DNA of 54,690 nt, taken from a virus. Taxonomy: Duplodnaviria; Caudoviricetes. Both the position numbers and the translations under genes were made by a program. The notes under the pieces are model-generated. The model was not told where the DNA came from. It saw nothing but the letters and a program-made list of their open reading frames with translations, and ran no database searches. Below are positions 28,326-38,421 of this stretch, piece by piece. The stretch spans positions 1-54,690 of IMG/VR virus record IMGVR_UViG_3300031759_000032; one strand, given 5' to 3'. Numbering within the stretch: the stretch's first letter is position 1; each line of letters opens with the position of its first letter.

Positions 28326-29011
28326 TGTTTAAACTTACCGACTTGAAGTTACGTCGTCGTACTTGGATTAAGCTTGCCAATATCCCAGAGAAGCGCATTG
28401 GTTGGACCTTGGCTGACTGCACTGAGGTAGCCACGGATAAGATGCAGATGATTAACCGCTGGTACAAAGCGGTTAAGGACCACGAAGTAATCCGCGCTAC
28501 TGGTAACACTCGTTGCGGTAAAGGTTTACTACTATGGGGAGAGCCAGGGCACGGTAAGACCACTCTTGCTTTGTCTATAGTTCAGGAAATGCTTACTACG
28601 TTTTCTCTTGAAGACTTTGACGCTAAAGACGGGGCTGCCCTAATCCGCCCATGTTATTTTGCTACCTTCAACGACATTCTTGCACTCAAGGGAATGACCA
28701 TGGAGAACTCTGCTACTGAAGACCAAGAGGTCTTATTTCAGGGGATTTTGGGGGAGTGCTCAAATGATGCGTATAACATCCGAGTCCTGATTATAGACGA
28801 CTTGGGTAAGGAACACACCTCATTGTCAGGTTGGCAAAGTAGCATGTTTCACCACATTTTACGCACACGGTTTAACAAAGGATTGCCTACCATTGTTACT
28901 ACCAATATCAAGTTGGAGAACTGGGCTAGTGAGTACGGAGATGCCACAGAAAGCTTTGCTAATGAGGCCTTCGTGTACTTGCCTATTAATTCAACTGACC
29001 TACGAAAGTGA
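28325..29011 (+). CDS. DnaC/IstB-like helicase loader ATPase
   Basis: Walker A GEPGHGKT, Walker B LIIDDLGKE, 'R.....PTIVTTN'. Confidence 0.9.
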   Translation: MFKLTDLKLRRRTWIKLANIPEKRIGWTLADCTEVATDKMQMINRWYKAVKDHEVIRATGNTRCGKGLLLWGEPGHGKTTLALSIVQEMLTTFSLEDFDAKDGAALIRPCYFATFNDILALKGMTMENSATEDQEVLFQGILGECSNDAYNIRVLIIDDLGKEHTSLSGWQSSMFHHILRTRFNKGLPTIVTTNIKLENWASEYGDATESFANEAFVYLPINSTDLRK

Positions 29012-29319
29012 GAGCAAACCCCGTGTCAGACATGCGTTTAGTCCAACTTTTTTTGAGCCCGTCTCAAACTGCTGGCCCAGGGATTTATGAGGTTACTAGT
29101 GACCCTAAAGGAAACCTGTATTGCACTTGCCCAGGGTTTATTGGACGCAATTCGTGTAAGCACTCTAAATTTGTCGGTTCTCGCATTGACGATAACGACG
29201 GCCATTACCCGTTAGAGATATCTTCTCGCGCAACAGACGAAGACACAGCGAAAGCCAAAGCTTCAAATGAAGCATTCCGTGAGTTTGTTATTAAGTTTGG
29301 GAAAATAGAGGTGTACTAG
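29008..29319 (+). CDS. SWIM zinc-finger protein
   Basis: 'Y.V......CTCPGF.....CKH'. Confidence 0.8.
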   Translation: MRANPVSDMRLVQLFLSPSQTAGPGIYEVTSDPKGNLYCTCPGFIGRNSCKHSKFVGSRIDDNDGHYPLEISSRATDEDTAKAKASNEAFREFVIKFGKIEVY

Positions 29320-29321
29320 CA

Positions 29322-29729
29322 ATGAGACACGGGGACATCAGTAACGAGCTCCCCAAAAGAATAATCGTGATATCAGACGTATTATTGAATGTGGAGCTCT
29401 CGGTTAAAAAACGGTACAAAGTAATACCAATAGTTTCAAAAGAAGTAACTATCAAAAGAGAACTGCTTAGCTTTTTGTATTTGTATACAACAAAGAAAGG
29501 CGTGACTCTTGAGTTAGCCTCCTACACCTTAGACGATGAACAGTTGTCTGAGACTATGGAGTACTTAGATGAAAAGGGAACGAACCCCTTTAGATATTTC
29601 ACTACATATCCATCTATACAAAGCCTTATAGACGAGCTACCATACCGCCCTGAAGTTGTTGGGGTGCTGGATGCTCCGCAAAACATATTACGATACGGAC
29701 ACTGGGGATTGGACTACAGCAACTTATGA
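29322..29729 (+). CDS. hypothetical protein, possibly degenerate HAD-like fold
   Basis: Intact ORF coupled to dnaB; fold assignment is a guess. Confidence 0.55.
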   Translation: MRHGDISNELPKRIIVISDVLLNVELSVKKRYKVIPIVSKEVTIKRELLSFLYLYTTKKGVTLELASYTLDDEQLSETMEYLDEKGTNPFRYFTTYPSIQSLIDELPYRPEVVGVLDAPQNILRYGHWGLDYSNL

Positions 29730-30952
29730 ACAACGAAGCAAAACTATTAAGTAAAGTTATTGAGAGCCGTAACCTTGGATTAATCTTAGAGCGCGGAGTT
29801 GATGCAGAGTGGTTTGCTGATGCAAACGATAAAAAGATATTCACCTTCCTGCAAAAACACTTTACCTATTATCAAGAATGTCCAAGCCTTGATTTGGTAA
29901 TTGAAAACTTTCCTACATATAGTCTTTTAAAAGTAGAAGACAACATTGAATACTTTTTAGACAGGCTTGTAGCAAGCCGCCGTAAGCTTTCAATCATTCA
30001 TACGATTGGAGAAGCCCTCACCTCTATTGAAAAAGAAGCAGACCATGAGAGCGCACTGCTTGCTATGGAGCGCGGAATTATACGATTGGAAGAGGCAGGC
30101 CTCACCAAGTCTAATGATTTGGAAATTACTAAAGCAGCCAAACACGCTAAGACAGAGTACGAGTTCCGCAAAAACAATCCAGGACTACTAGGTATCCCAA
30201 CAGGTTTTCCCACTATGGATGAATCTACCTCGGGCTTACAACCTGGTCAGCTCATTGTTATCGTTGCTCCACCTAAGACTGGTAAATCTACATTAGCTTT
30301 GCAGATTGCTATTAACTGCCAGCTTGAGGGCAAGGTTCCTATGTTCATGTCCTTTGAGATGAGCAACAACGAGCAGAAGAACCGTTACTACGCTATGCGA
30401 GCTCGCATTGCATACAGGCGTTTAATGACGGGTACGCTTACTACTGAAGAAGAAAGTCGTTTCTATACCAAAGTAGACGCCATCCAAGATATGGAAGACA
30501 AGTTCCACTTTGTTGACTCTTCCAACGGGCAGACCGTTAGTTCTGTAGCCAGCAAGGTGCAGAGTAAAAACCCAGATATCATCTTTATTGACGGTACCTA
30601 CTTGATGATTGATGAGGTGACTGGGGAATCCAACACCCCGCAATCAATTACTAACATTACTCGTAGCCTCAAGCGTTTGGCGCAAAAGATTAATAAGCCT
30701 ATTGTTATCTCAACGCAAGCGCTTTCATGGAAGATGCGTGGCGGTCAAGTTACCGCTGACTCAATCGGTTACTCCTCTTCTTTCCACCAAGACGCCGACG
30801 TTATCTTTGGTCTACAGCGTGAGGACGAGGCCGTAGATGACACTCGCCTACTGCGCGTTATCGCCAGCCGTAACTCTGGTCTTACCGAGGTTTCATTGAC
30901 ATGGGATTGGGATACCGCTACATTCCGTGAAATGAACGAGGATGACCTGTGA
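29726..30952 (+). CDS. dnaB: DnaB-like replicative helicase
   Basis: 'GIPTGF..MD..T.GLQPGQL', APPKTGKS, 'SFEM', 'FIDG.YL', 'QDADV'. Confidence 0.93.
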   Translation: MNNEAKLLSKVIESRNLGLILERGVDAEWFADANDKKIFTFLQKHFTYYQECPSLDLVIENFPTYSLLKVEDNIEYFLDRLVASRRKLSIIHTIGEALTSIEKEADHESALLAMERGIIRLEEAGLTKSNDLEITKAAKHAKTEYEFRKNNPGLLGIPTGFPTMDESTSGLQPGQLIVIVAPPKTGKSTLALQIAINCQLEGKVPMFMSFEMSNNEQKNRYYAMRARIAYRRLMTGTLTTEEESRFYTKVDAIQDMEDKFHFVDSSNGQTVSSVASKVQSKNPDIIFIDGTYLMIDEVTGESNTPQSITNITRSLKRLAQKINKPIVISTQALSWKMRGGQVTADSIGYSSSFHQDADVIFGLQREDEAVDDTRLLRVIASRNSGLTEVSLTWDWDTATFREMNEDDL

Positions 30953-31875
30953 CAGTTGATGAAATGACTTCTACTCTTGAGCGCTTAGGGCTTGATGTCC
31001 TAGGTTCTCATGGGTACGAGATTCAAGGTCAATGCCCTGCTCATATTGAGCGCACGGGTCACGCTGACCGTAATCCGTCTTGGTATATCAACGCTGATAC
31101 GGGCGCACACATATGTTTTTCTTGTGGCTGGAAAGGCAACCTTTACAGTTTAATTGCGTACGTAACCAAAGTTGATTACGAAAAAGCTAGTGAATGGCTT
31201 GGCTCTGTAGATAGTCTTGTCTCTAGGTTTAATGGATTACAGAAAGTAACTAAGCCTAAGATAGAAGAGCCCACGCACATCACGGGTTCCATGTTACGCG
31301 CTTTCTCTACCCCACCAGATTACGCGCTTAACGCTAGGGGCTTGAGTAATACTGCTGTTACTACCTACGGGATTCTGTGGGATGAGCGTAATCGAAATTG
31401 GATTATTCCTATTAGAGACCCCCACAAAGACACTCTATTAGGATGGCAAGAAAAGGGCTTTGACCACCGCTACTTTAATAATAAGCCTGCTGGTGTGAAG
31501 AAGAGCGAGACGCTATTTGGGTATAACGAGAACGTATTTAATTGGGCAGTCATTGTTGAATCACCCCTAGACGTAGTACGCCTAGCGTCTATTGGAATTC
31601 CAGGGTTAGCTACCTACGGGGCTATGGTATCTAAAGCGCAGTTCAATCTTATTCGTGGTTTGGATAAGGTTATCTTCGCTATGGACAACGACGAAGCAGG
31701 AAGAAACTCTGCCAAAGACCTACTGGCAATGTGTCAAGAGATGGGTGTAGAATCCTGGTTCTTCAACTACGGTGACTTAGACGTCAAAGACGTAGGTGGT
31801 ATGAGCAAGTCCGAAGTACTTAACGGGATTGAAAAGGCACGGCATATGGTTAGGAAAGACCGAGCCATACATTAA
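30949..31875 (+). CDS. DNA primase (Zn finger + TOPRIM)
   Basis: CPAH..CFSC zinc finger, 'VESPLD', 'MDNDEAG', 'KDVG'. Confidence 0.9.
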   Translation: MTVDEMTSTLERLGLDVLGSHGYEIQGQCPAHIERTGHADRNPSWYINADTGAHICFSCGWKGNLYSLIAYVTKVDYEKASEWLGSVDSLVSRFNGLQKVTKPKIEEPTHITGSMLRAFSTPPDYALNARGLSNTAVTTYGILWDERNRNWIIPIRDPHKDTLLGWQEKGFDHRYFNNKPAGVKKSETLFGYNENVFNWAVIVESPLDVVRLASIGIPGLATYGAMVSKAQFNLIRGLDKVIFAMDNDEAGRNSAKDLLAMCQEMGVESWFFNYGDLDVKDVGGMSKSEVLNGIEKARHMVRKDRAIH

Positions 31876-31884
31876 GGGGTACAC

Positions 31885-32445
31885 ATGATTATTGGATTAA
31901 CTGGCTACGCACAAAGCGGTAAAGACACAGTTGCTAAAACTCTTATTGATAACTATGGTTTCAAACGCATCGCTTTTGCTGACCCTATACGCGAACTTCT
32001 ATACGAAATGAACCCCATAATTGGATTTGAGGTTGATGGCGGAGGGTGGGACTTAAAGACTGTTGTAGACCGAGACGGTTGGGATTTTGCTAAACAAGAC
32101 CCCGAAGTTCGTCGTCTGCTTCAGGACTTAGGTGTTGGTGCCCGCAATGTATTCTATGAAGACTTTTGGGTTGACGTAGCCTTAGCAGATGTAACTAACT
32201 ACAAAGACGGCAACCATTTTGTTATTACAGACGTTAGATTTATGAATGAGCTTCTTCAGATTAAACGCATGGGCGGTCAGATTTGGCGTGTAGACCGCCC
32301 AAACGTTACTGCGGTTAACAGTCATGTATCTGAATCTGCTCTATCCGAGTATGGTGTAGACCTTCTTCTCTATAACCACTCCACTATTGAAAACTTAGAA
32401 GAAAACATTAAATCCGTTATGGCAGGAGTATTAAATGCTAAGTGA
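31885..32445 (+). CDS. deoxynucleoside monophosphate kinase
   Basis: 'IIGLTGYAQSGKDT', 'FADP', 'R.LLQ.LG', 'ITDVRF.NE', 'H.SE'. Confidence 0.92.
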   Translation: MIIGLTGYAQSGKDTVAKTLIDNYGFKRIAFADPIRELLYEMNPIIGFEVDGGGWDLKTVVDRDGWDFAKQDPEVRRLLQDLGVGARNVFYEDFWVDVALADVTNYKDGNHFVITDVRFMNELLQIKRMGGQIWRVDRPNVTAVNSHVSESALSEYGVDLLLYNHSTIENLEENIKSVMAGVLNAK

Positions 32446-32752
32446 TGCAGTTGTAGCAAAAGAAGAAGCTATTGCCTTAGTCGCTTCTGGTATGAACCCA
32501 GAGTGGCGAGAGGATGCTTTACGGGCTATTAAGACCTTGGCTGAGCGCGAGGATGAGTTCACCACCGATAAGGTGTGGGAAGAGCTCTTGACCTTCTCCA
32601 CAGCGGACACCCCTGAACCTCGTGCCATGGGTGCGGTAATGGTTCAGGCTAGAAAACTAGGTTACGTACTGCCTACCAACACCTACTTAAATAGCTCAAG
32701 GGTTAGTTGTCATAATCGCCCATTGCGCATTTGGAAGTCTAATCTTAGATGA
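32435..32752 (+). CDS. hypothetical phage protein
   Basis: AGGAG RBS; 'FT.D.V...PRAMGAV...H.RP...W.S' pattern. Confidence 0.65.
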   Translation: MLSDAVVAKEEAIALVASGMNPEWREDALRAIKTLAEREDEFTTDKVWEELLTFSTADTPEPRAMGAVMVQARKLGYVLPTNTYLNSSRVSCHNRPLRIWKSNLR

Positions 32753-34338
32753 CCTTTACTGGCACTTTACTTCCTTACCAACCTGAGGCTGTAGACCGCA
32801 TGTGCGAACGTGGCACAATGCTTGTCGCTTATGACCTTGGGCTTGGTAAGACTGTCCTGACTATTGCCGCCTTGGAGCGGTTAATGGCTGAGCAGAAAAT
32901 TAAAGAGCCAGGTCTTATAATTTGTTTATCCTCATTGAAATATCAATGGGCTAATCAGATTGAAAAGTTTACAAGTGGTACTTCACGTGCTTTGGTCATT
33001 GACGGAACGCCAGCTAAAAGAGCAAAACAATATGAAGAGGCCTACAACTGGGCTACTTCAGGAGTTGACTATATTGTCCTCAACTATGAGCAAGTTGTTA
33101 ATGACTGGGACTTCATTAAAAAACTTCCACGAGGATTTGTAGTACTCGACGAGGCTACCGCTATTAAGTCGTTTAAATCTAAGCGCACAAAGGCCGTAAA
33201 GAAATTGGTCAATGCTCCCTTTAGGTTCGCTCTTACAGGAACACCTATTGAGAATGGTAAACCCGAGGAGCTTTACAGCATTATGCAGTTCGTAGATAGC
33301 TCTGTGCTTGGCCGCTTTGACATATTTGATTCGGCTTTTATCGTGCGCAATAGCTGGGGTGGGGTAAACAACTATAGAAACCTTCCCACCTTGCACACAA
33401 AAATGAAGGAAGCTTCTGTGCGTAAGTCCCAGAAAGACGCAGACGTAGCGCCTTACCTTCCAGAGGCTATACATCAAGACCCTATCTTGGTTACGTTTGA
33501 CCGCAAATCTTCTAAGTTATACACACGCATCTGTGACGACCTTCTACGGGACTTAGAGGAGGCTCAGAACCTGTTTGGTGGGGCGTTCAATGTACTTGCT
33601 CACTATGGTTATGAGAACCAAAGAGGAGGTCCTGAGGACGAATGGCGCGGTAAGATTATGTCTAAGATTGGGTGCCTAAAGATGCTCTGCTCTCACCCCG
33701 AACTTCTGCATACCAGCGCTGAAAAGTTTAAACAATTAAACGGAGAAGGGTCTGCCTATGCAAATGAATTGGTTGAGTCTGGCTATCTTGATGGCGTTAG
33801 TCATTCACCTAAACTGGACTACCTTACGCAGTATGTCAAAGATTTCTTGGACCAAGACGAAGAGAACAAAGTAGTTATATTTGCTACGTATGTTGACATG
33901 CTGGACATGATTGCTGAGACCTTAGGCCCTGAAAGATGTAAGCTCTACTCAGGTAAACTAGATGCCAAGACTAAAGAGGAGAACAAAGTTGCTTTTAACA
34001 ATGACCCTTCTATCCGTGTCCTCATTAGCTCTGACGCTGGCGGTTATGGCGTGGACCTTCCCGCGGGTAATCTCCTTGTTAACTATGACCTCCCGTGGTC
34101 TTCAGGAGCGGCGACGCAAAGAAACGGTCGTATCATCCGAGCCTCATCTAGATTTCAGTCCGCCGTCATACAAGATATTCTGATTGCTGGTTCGGTGGAA
34201 GTAAGGCAATACGAAGCCCTTCAACAGAAGAACGCGATAGCCTCAGCCGTCATTGATGGAGAAGGAATAGACGATAAAGGCGGAATTCCTCTCACTATTG
34301 GCAGTTTAAAGCAGTTTTTGGTAGAGGCTATCGTATAA
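32749..34338 (+). CDS. SNF2-family helicase
   Basis: 'L.PYQ', 'DLGLGKT', 'LDEA', 'LTGTPIEN', 'GG.G.DL', 'QR.GRI.R'. Confidence 0.93.
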   Translation: MTFTGTLLPYQPEAVDRMCERGTMLVAYDLGLGKTVLTIAALERLMAEQKIKEPGLIICLSSLKYQWANQIEKFTSGTSRALVIDGTPAKRAKQYEEAYNWATSGVDYIVLNYEQVVNDWDFIKKLPRGFVVLDEATAIKSFKSKRTKAVKKLVNAPFRFALTGTPIENGKPEELYSIMQFVDSSVLGRFDIFDSAFIVRNSWGGVNNYRNLPTLHTKMKEASVRKSQKDADVAPYLPEAIHQDPILVTFDRKSSKLYTRICDDLLRDLEEAQNLFGGAFNVLAHYGYENQRGGPEDEWRGKIMSKIGCLKMLCSHPELLHTSAEKFKQLNGEGSAYANELVESGYLDGVSHSPKLDYLTQYVKDFLDQDEENKVVIFATYVDMLDMIAETLGPERCKLYSGKLDAKTKEENKVAFNNDPSIRVLISSDAGGYGVDLPAGNLLVNYDLPWSSGAATQRNGRIIRASSRFQSAVIQDILIAGSVEVRQYEALQQKNAIASAVIDGEGIDDKGGIPLTIGSLKQFLVEAIV

Positions 34339-34340
34339 AC

Positions 34341-34532
34341 CTATTTTGTACCTTTTTTAATATTACAGAGCACATGAGTAGGACGTATATTTTCTATTAA
34401 GTCAGTTCCCCCTTTAGACAGTGCAATTACATGGTCTAAATGTAACCCTTTCTCCCATCCCTCTTTATATCTAGGATGTCTAGGCGGGTCTAGTAACTAC
34501 AGGAAGTTTTTGTGTGTTAACATTATTGTCAT
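34341..34532 (-). pseudogene. HNH homing endonuclease remnant
   Basis: Minus strand reads MTIMLTHKNFL*LLDPPRHPRYKEGWEKGLHLDHVIALSKGGTDLIENIRPTHVLCNIKKGTK*, with an in-frame TAG at 34497-34499. Confidence 0.85.
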
Positions 34533-34563
34533 TCATACTAGTTTAAGTATAACATTGAAGGAT

Positions 34564-34731
34564 GTGGTTAAGTCGCCTAACGCGCCTAAGACTCCTACAC
34601 GTACTATCCGTGTATCCGATGACCTATGGCTTGCTGTTCAAAAGAAGGCTTCTAAGGAAAAGGTCACGGTAACAAGCGTGATTATCGAAGCGCTTGAGGC
34701 GTATATTGCCCTTGACAAGAGGTTGGACTAG
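34564..34731 (+). CDS. ribbon-helix-helix DNA-binding protein
   Basis: 'RTIRVSDDLW..V..KA......V..VI..AL..Y'; probable GTG start at 34564. Confidence 0.8.
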   Translation: MVKSPNAPKTPTRTIRVSDDLWLAVQKKASKEKVTVTSVIIEALEAYIALDKRLD

Positions 34732-34740
34732 TACTAAATT
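34712..34740 (+). promoter_or_regulatory. SigA-type promoter TTGACA-N17-TAAATT
   Basis: Consensus -35 with a 17-bp spacer, upstream of the 34765-polA operon. Confidence 0.7.
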
Positions 34741-34764
34741 ACTCCTTCTAACCAAGGAGTAGAT

Positions 34765-35172
34765 GTGAACTTAGAAGAAATTAAAAAGAATGCTCACCAG
34801 TACTTTGTACTTAAATCCGAGAGCACCTTACTCACTGCCAGACAAAACGAATTAAAGAAGCGTCTACTTGATTCTTTAGATGATGCTGAGGCTGACGATA
34901 AAGGTCATAAAGTCCTGTCTTTTGAGGACTCGGACCTAGGTACGGTTAAGCTGACCAAACAACGTCGTGTTACTAAGAACCTTGATATGGATATCGCAGA
35001 AGACCTCCTAACTAAAAAAGGTATTAAAGATACCTGTGTTAAGATGGTTCCTATGCTAGACGAAGCCGCAATCATGGCCGCTTTCTATGAAGGTTACCTA
35101 ACAGAAGAAGACATTGATAGCATGTTCCCTGCAAAGGAGTCCTTTGCTTTTTTGATTGACGCGGCTAAATGA
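34765..35172 (+). CDS. hypothetical coiled-coil protein
   Basis: AAGGAG RBS and GTG start. Confidence 0.7.
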   Translation: MNLEEIKKNAHQYFVLKSESTLLTARQNELKKRLLDSLDDAEADDKGHKVLSFEDSDLGTVKLTKQRRVTKNLDMDIAEDLLTKKGIKDTCVKMVPMLDEAAIMAAFYEGYLTEEDIDSMFPAKESFAFLIDAAK

Positions 35173-35636
35173 CCGAAGATTTCATTGACTCTACCTTTGC
35201 TGACCTGGATACTTACTATCCAGGCAGTAAACGCAAGCAGAAAAAGATAGAACCTAAAAAGCCTGAGGTAACCCCTGATGTTGCTTGGGATTCTAAGCCG
35301 TTCGTAAAGGTACTTCCCAATGGTAAAAGCATTGAGATGTTTACTATCGGCGCGCTTGCGCAGGCTCTAGGCCGCCCTGTAATAACAATCCGCGCATGGA
35401 TTAAAGAGGGTTACCTTCCAGCCTCCCCCTACCGCCTCCCAGCCAAAAAGAACATCCATGGTGAAGACCACCAAGGGCGCAGGCTTTACTCTCGCGCTAT
35501 GGTGGAAAAGGTGGTAGAGTTATTCCGTGCCTCTGGCATTCTAGAGGTAAAGCGAATAGAATGGCCGACACACCGACAAGTCACTCGTGATATTGTCGAG
35601 GCATGGGGTAACATCCGTGCAGAAGAAACTAATTAA
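35169..35636 (+). CDS. MerR-like helix-turn-helix protein
   Basis: 'FTIGALA.ALGR...TIR.W...G.LP....RRLYS'. Confidence 0.85.
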   Translation: MTEDFIDSTFADLDTYYPGSKRKQKKIEPKKPEVTPDVAWDSKPFVKVLPNGKSIEMFTIGALAQALGRPVITIRAWIKEGYLPASPYRLPAKKNIHGEDHQGRRLYSRAMVEKVVELFRASGILEVKRIEWPTHRQVTRDIVEAWGNIRAEETN

Positions 35637-35668
35637 AACAACATACAATCAAAGGAAAATAAAATACA

Positions 35669-36358
35669 ATGGCAATCAACCGAACTGAAGCAGAAGCAAC
35701 AGCGTACGTCCCAGAAAACGATGAATTCAACACTTCATCACTTGACGCTCGTCCCGCACAAGCCACTAGCACTCTCGTGCAATCAGGCTGGGAAGCAGCA
35801 GAAAAACTAACCGCTCCATCAAAAGAGTATCCAACTGAGTTTAAGTTTGATGCTAATGGTGGATATCAAATCATTAAGTTTCTAGACCAAGATGGTCCTT
35901 TCGCCGTGTACAAGTTGCACTTCTTGTCTCAAAAGACAGAGGGACAACGCTCTTATGTTTCACACGGACCTAACGACCCTCTTTGCACAAAGCTTGGTAG
36001 TAAGCCTGAAGAGAAGCGCGCCTTCTCTATTGTGAACCTCAGTCACCCTGAAGGTCCAAAGCGTCAGATGCTTATTGCTAGCCCACGTCTATTCAAGACC
36101 CTCCACGCGGCTCACTTCTCCCCACAAGGTCCTCTAACCAAGAACTACTGGGCTGTTAGCCGTACAGGTAAGATGCAAACAACCACGTATCACATCAACC
36201 CAGTTAAGCCCCGTGACCTCATGGAAGACTGGGCTATTGATGAAACAGCCGCGGAAGCCTCTGTAGCGTCCTTCGTTTCGTACACTCGTGCGGACATTAA
36301 GGAAAATACATGGGAAGAGCTTGAGGCTGTAGCCGCTTCTCTTTCACCTGCATTCTAA
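35669..36358 (+). CDS. single-stranded DNA-binding protein (gp32-like)
   Basis: 'IIKFLD..PF..Y..HF', 'DPLC', 'SRTG...TTY'; upstream of the polymerase. Confidence 0.7.
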   Translation: MAINRTEAEATAYVPENDEFNTSSLDARPAQATSTLVQSGWEAAEKLTAPSKEYPTEFKFDANGGYQIIKFLDQDGPFAVYKLHFLSQKTEGQRSYVSHGPNDPLCTKLGSKPEEKRAFSIVNLSHPEGPKRQMLIASPRLFKTLHAAHFSPQGPLTKNYWAVSRTGKMQTTTYHINPVKPRDLMEDWAIDETAAEASVASFVSYTRADIKENTWEELEAVAASLSPAF

Positions 36359-36376
36359 CCAACAAAAACTAGAACG

Positions 36377-36414
36377 CTGGCGGGTCAAGTCTTTTATTAG
36401 ACTTGGCCTTCCAG
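36377..36414 (+). promoter_or_regulatory. stem-loop between ssb and polA
   Basis: GGTCAAGTCT-N6-AGACTTGGCC with an outer CTGG/CCAG pair; terminator, attenuator or operator. Confidence 0.6.
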
Positions 36415-36432
36415 TCTTATTGGGGGAACCAT

Positions 36433-38421
36433 TTGAATATTATTACGACTAAAGAAGATTTACAGGAATTAGTCTCGTACTACATGGCGCAAGACGCCTT
36501 TGCTTTTGACGTGGAAACTGTGGGTGTTCATCGCGGTGTTCCCGTAGAGAATGAAGTTTTATGGATTAGCCTAGCCACTCATGGTCGCGGAGATGCTATC
36601 CCCGTGGGTCACCCTAACGGAGAATTTATTGAGTTCATCCGACCACTTACAGGTCAAGGTCAGAAGCGAGTAGAAGCAGGACTTCCTGCTCGCCCACTAG
36701 ATTATTCACGAGATGACAAGAAGGCTGTAAAAACTTTCAGCCCTCCACCAGCGCAGTTGTTCCCTGCCGAAGTCTTTGAGGCGCTAAAGCCTTTAATGTT
36801 TAATGAGAACATACTTACCATTGGCCACAACCTAGCCTTTGACCTTTGCTCTGTCGCTAAATACTACGGGGGCACCATCCCAGCAGGACCTTACTTTGAC
36901 ACTCTCATGGGTTCCTTTGTCTATGACAATCGTAATAAGGGAAAGCTCGGTCTTGATGACTGTCTACAAAGAGAGCTTGGGTTCTCTATGGAGAAGGGCA
37001 TTGGGCACAAGGTTGAGGAATACTCTTTTGATGAGGTCGCTAAGTACTCTTATCTAGATTCTAAATACACATTCTTATTATGGAAAGCCATTGAGCCTAA
37101 GCTTATTGAAGCTGAGGTAGATAAGGTAATGAACCTTGAGATGGGTGTGTTGAAAGTTCTATGCGATATGAAACTTACTGGCGCGCCTATCAATGAGGCT
37201 CATCTTGCTGAACTACAGGTTAAGCTAGAAGCTGAGCTAGAAGAAGTCAAGGGTAGGATTTACCAAGAGGCTGGCCGTGTATTTAACATCAATTCTAATG
37301 CAGAAAAGCAATACATCCTCTACGGTCCTGTAGAAGAAGGCTGCCGAGGACTAGCTCCTGTTATTTTGACCACCGCAGGTGCTAGAAACGATAACCCTAC
37401 TTATAAGGACTACTCAGTATCAGCAGACGCTTTAGAGCCTTATCGTGAGACAGATATCTTGGTGGGGGCGCTCTTAGAATATGCAGACCTTAATAAGTTA
37501 ATCAGTACCTACGTCATTCCATACCTTGGGGGGGACGTCATCAAGACTACTAACGGAAAGTCTAAGACAGAGACTCGTGAGAGCATGCTTATTAACGGGC
37601 GCATCTACGGAGACTTCGTTCAGTGGGGCGCAGAGACTGGGCGTTTTTCAAGCCGTAACCCTAATCTTCAAAACATTCCCGCCCCTAATAAAAAGTTGGG
37701 TCCTGATAAAGACCACGGAACACTTATCCGCACCATGTTCTATGCGCCTGAGGGGTACAAGCTAGTAGTAGCCGATTACTCTCAGATTGAACCTCGTGTG
37801 CTGGCTTCTATGTCTAAAGACCCTATTCTTATGAGTACCTACAATACCCCTGGGGTAAAGGGTGATATCTATACCACTATCGGTGAGACTATGGGCGTAG
37901 ACCGAAAAGCAGGTAAGGTACTGGTTCTTGCTATGATGTACGGCGTAGGTCCAGACAAGATTTCCGCGCAGATTGGCTGTACATTGCCTGAGGCCAAAGC
38001 CCTTCTGACCAGTTTCTCGGATAAGTTTCCTTCTGTTAATGAGTACCGCGCTAAGGTTATTGGTGTTGTTCGTAACAAAGGGTACATAGCCACGCTACTC
38101 AAGCGCCGTCGCTATCTTCCAGACATTAATTCTAGGCAAAATGGTTTTAGAGCCAGTGCTGAGCGTCAGGCATTCAACACCCGTATTCAAGGGTCAGCCG
38201 CAGATATTATTAAACTTGCTATGATTAGGGCGCACGATATGATTCCTAAAGAGTCTAAATTGTTGCTCACAGTTCACGATGAACTGGTAACGTTAACCCC
38301 CGACCATCTCGCTGAAGAGACTGCCAACGCTATCCGTGAGGCGATGGAAGGTATTAAACTACTAGATGTTCCACTAATCGCAGATTTAAATATCGTACAG
38401 ACATGGGGTGACGCCAAGTGA
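36433..38421 (+). CDS. polA: family A DNA polymerase (3'-5' exonuclease + polymerase)
   Basis: FDVET, HNLAFD, TGRFSS.NPNLQNIP, ADYSQIEPR, IQGSAADI, VHDEL; likely TTG start at 36433. Confidence 0.96.
   Translation: MNIITTKEDLQELVSYYMAQDAFAFDVETVGVHRGVPVENEVLWISLATHGRGDAIPVGHPNGEFIEFIRPLTGQGQKRVEAGLPARPLDYSRDDKKAVKTFSPPPAQLFPAEVFEALKPLMFNENILTIGHNLAFDLCSVAKYYGGTIPAGPYFDTLMGSFVYDNRNKGKLGLDDCLQRELGFSMEKGIGHKVEEYSFDEVAKYSYLDSKYTFLLWKAIEPKLIEAEVDKVMNLEMGVLKVLCDMKLTGAPINEAHLAELQVKLEAELEEVKGRIYQEAGRVFNINSNAEKQYILYGPVEEGCRGLAPVILTTAGARNDNPTYKDYSVSADALEPYRETDILVGALLEYADLNKLISTYVIPYLGGDVIKTTNGKSKTETRESMLINGRIYGDFVQWGAETGRFSSRNPNLQNIPAPNKKLGPDKDHGTLIRTMFYAPEGYKLVVADYSQIEPRVLASMSKDPILMSTYNTPGVKGDIYTTIGETMGVDRKAGKVLVLAMMYGVGPDKISAQIGCTLPEAKALLTSFSDKFPSVNEYRAKVIGVVRNKGYIATLLKRRRYLPDINSRQNGFRASAERQAFNTRIQGSAADIIKLAMIRAHDMIPKESKLLLTVHDELVTLTPDHLAEETANAIREAMEGIKLLDVPLIADLNIVQTWGDAK

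Noticed and set aside
15949-34499. TAG stop-codon reassignment, suggested by TAGs in the chaperone and HNH
   Set aside because: Conserved genes are full length in the standard code, several end in TAG at gene junctions, the chaperone extension is in another frame, and the tRNA anticodon is CCA rather than a suppressor.
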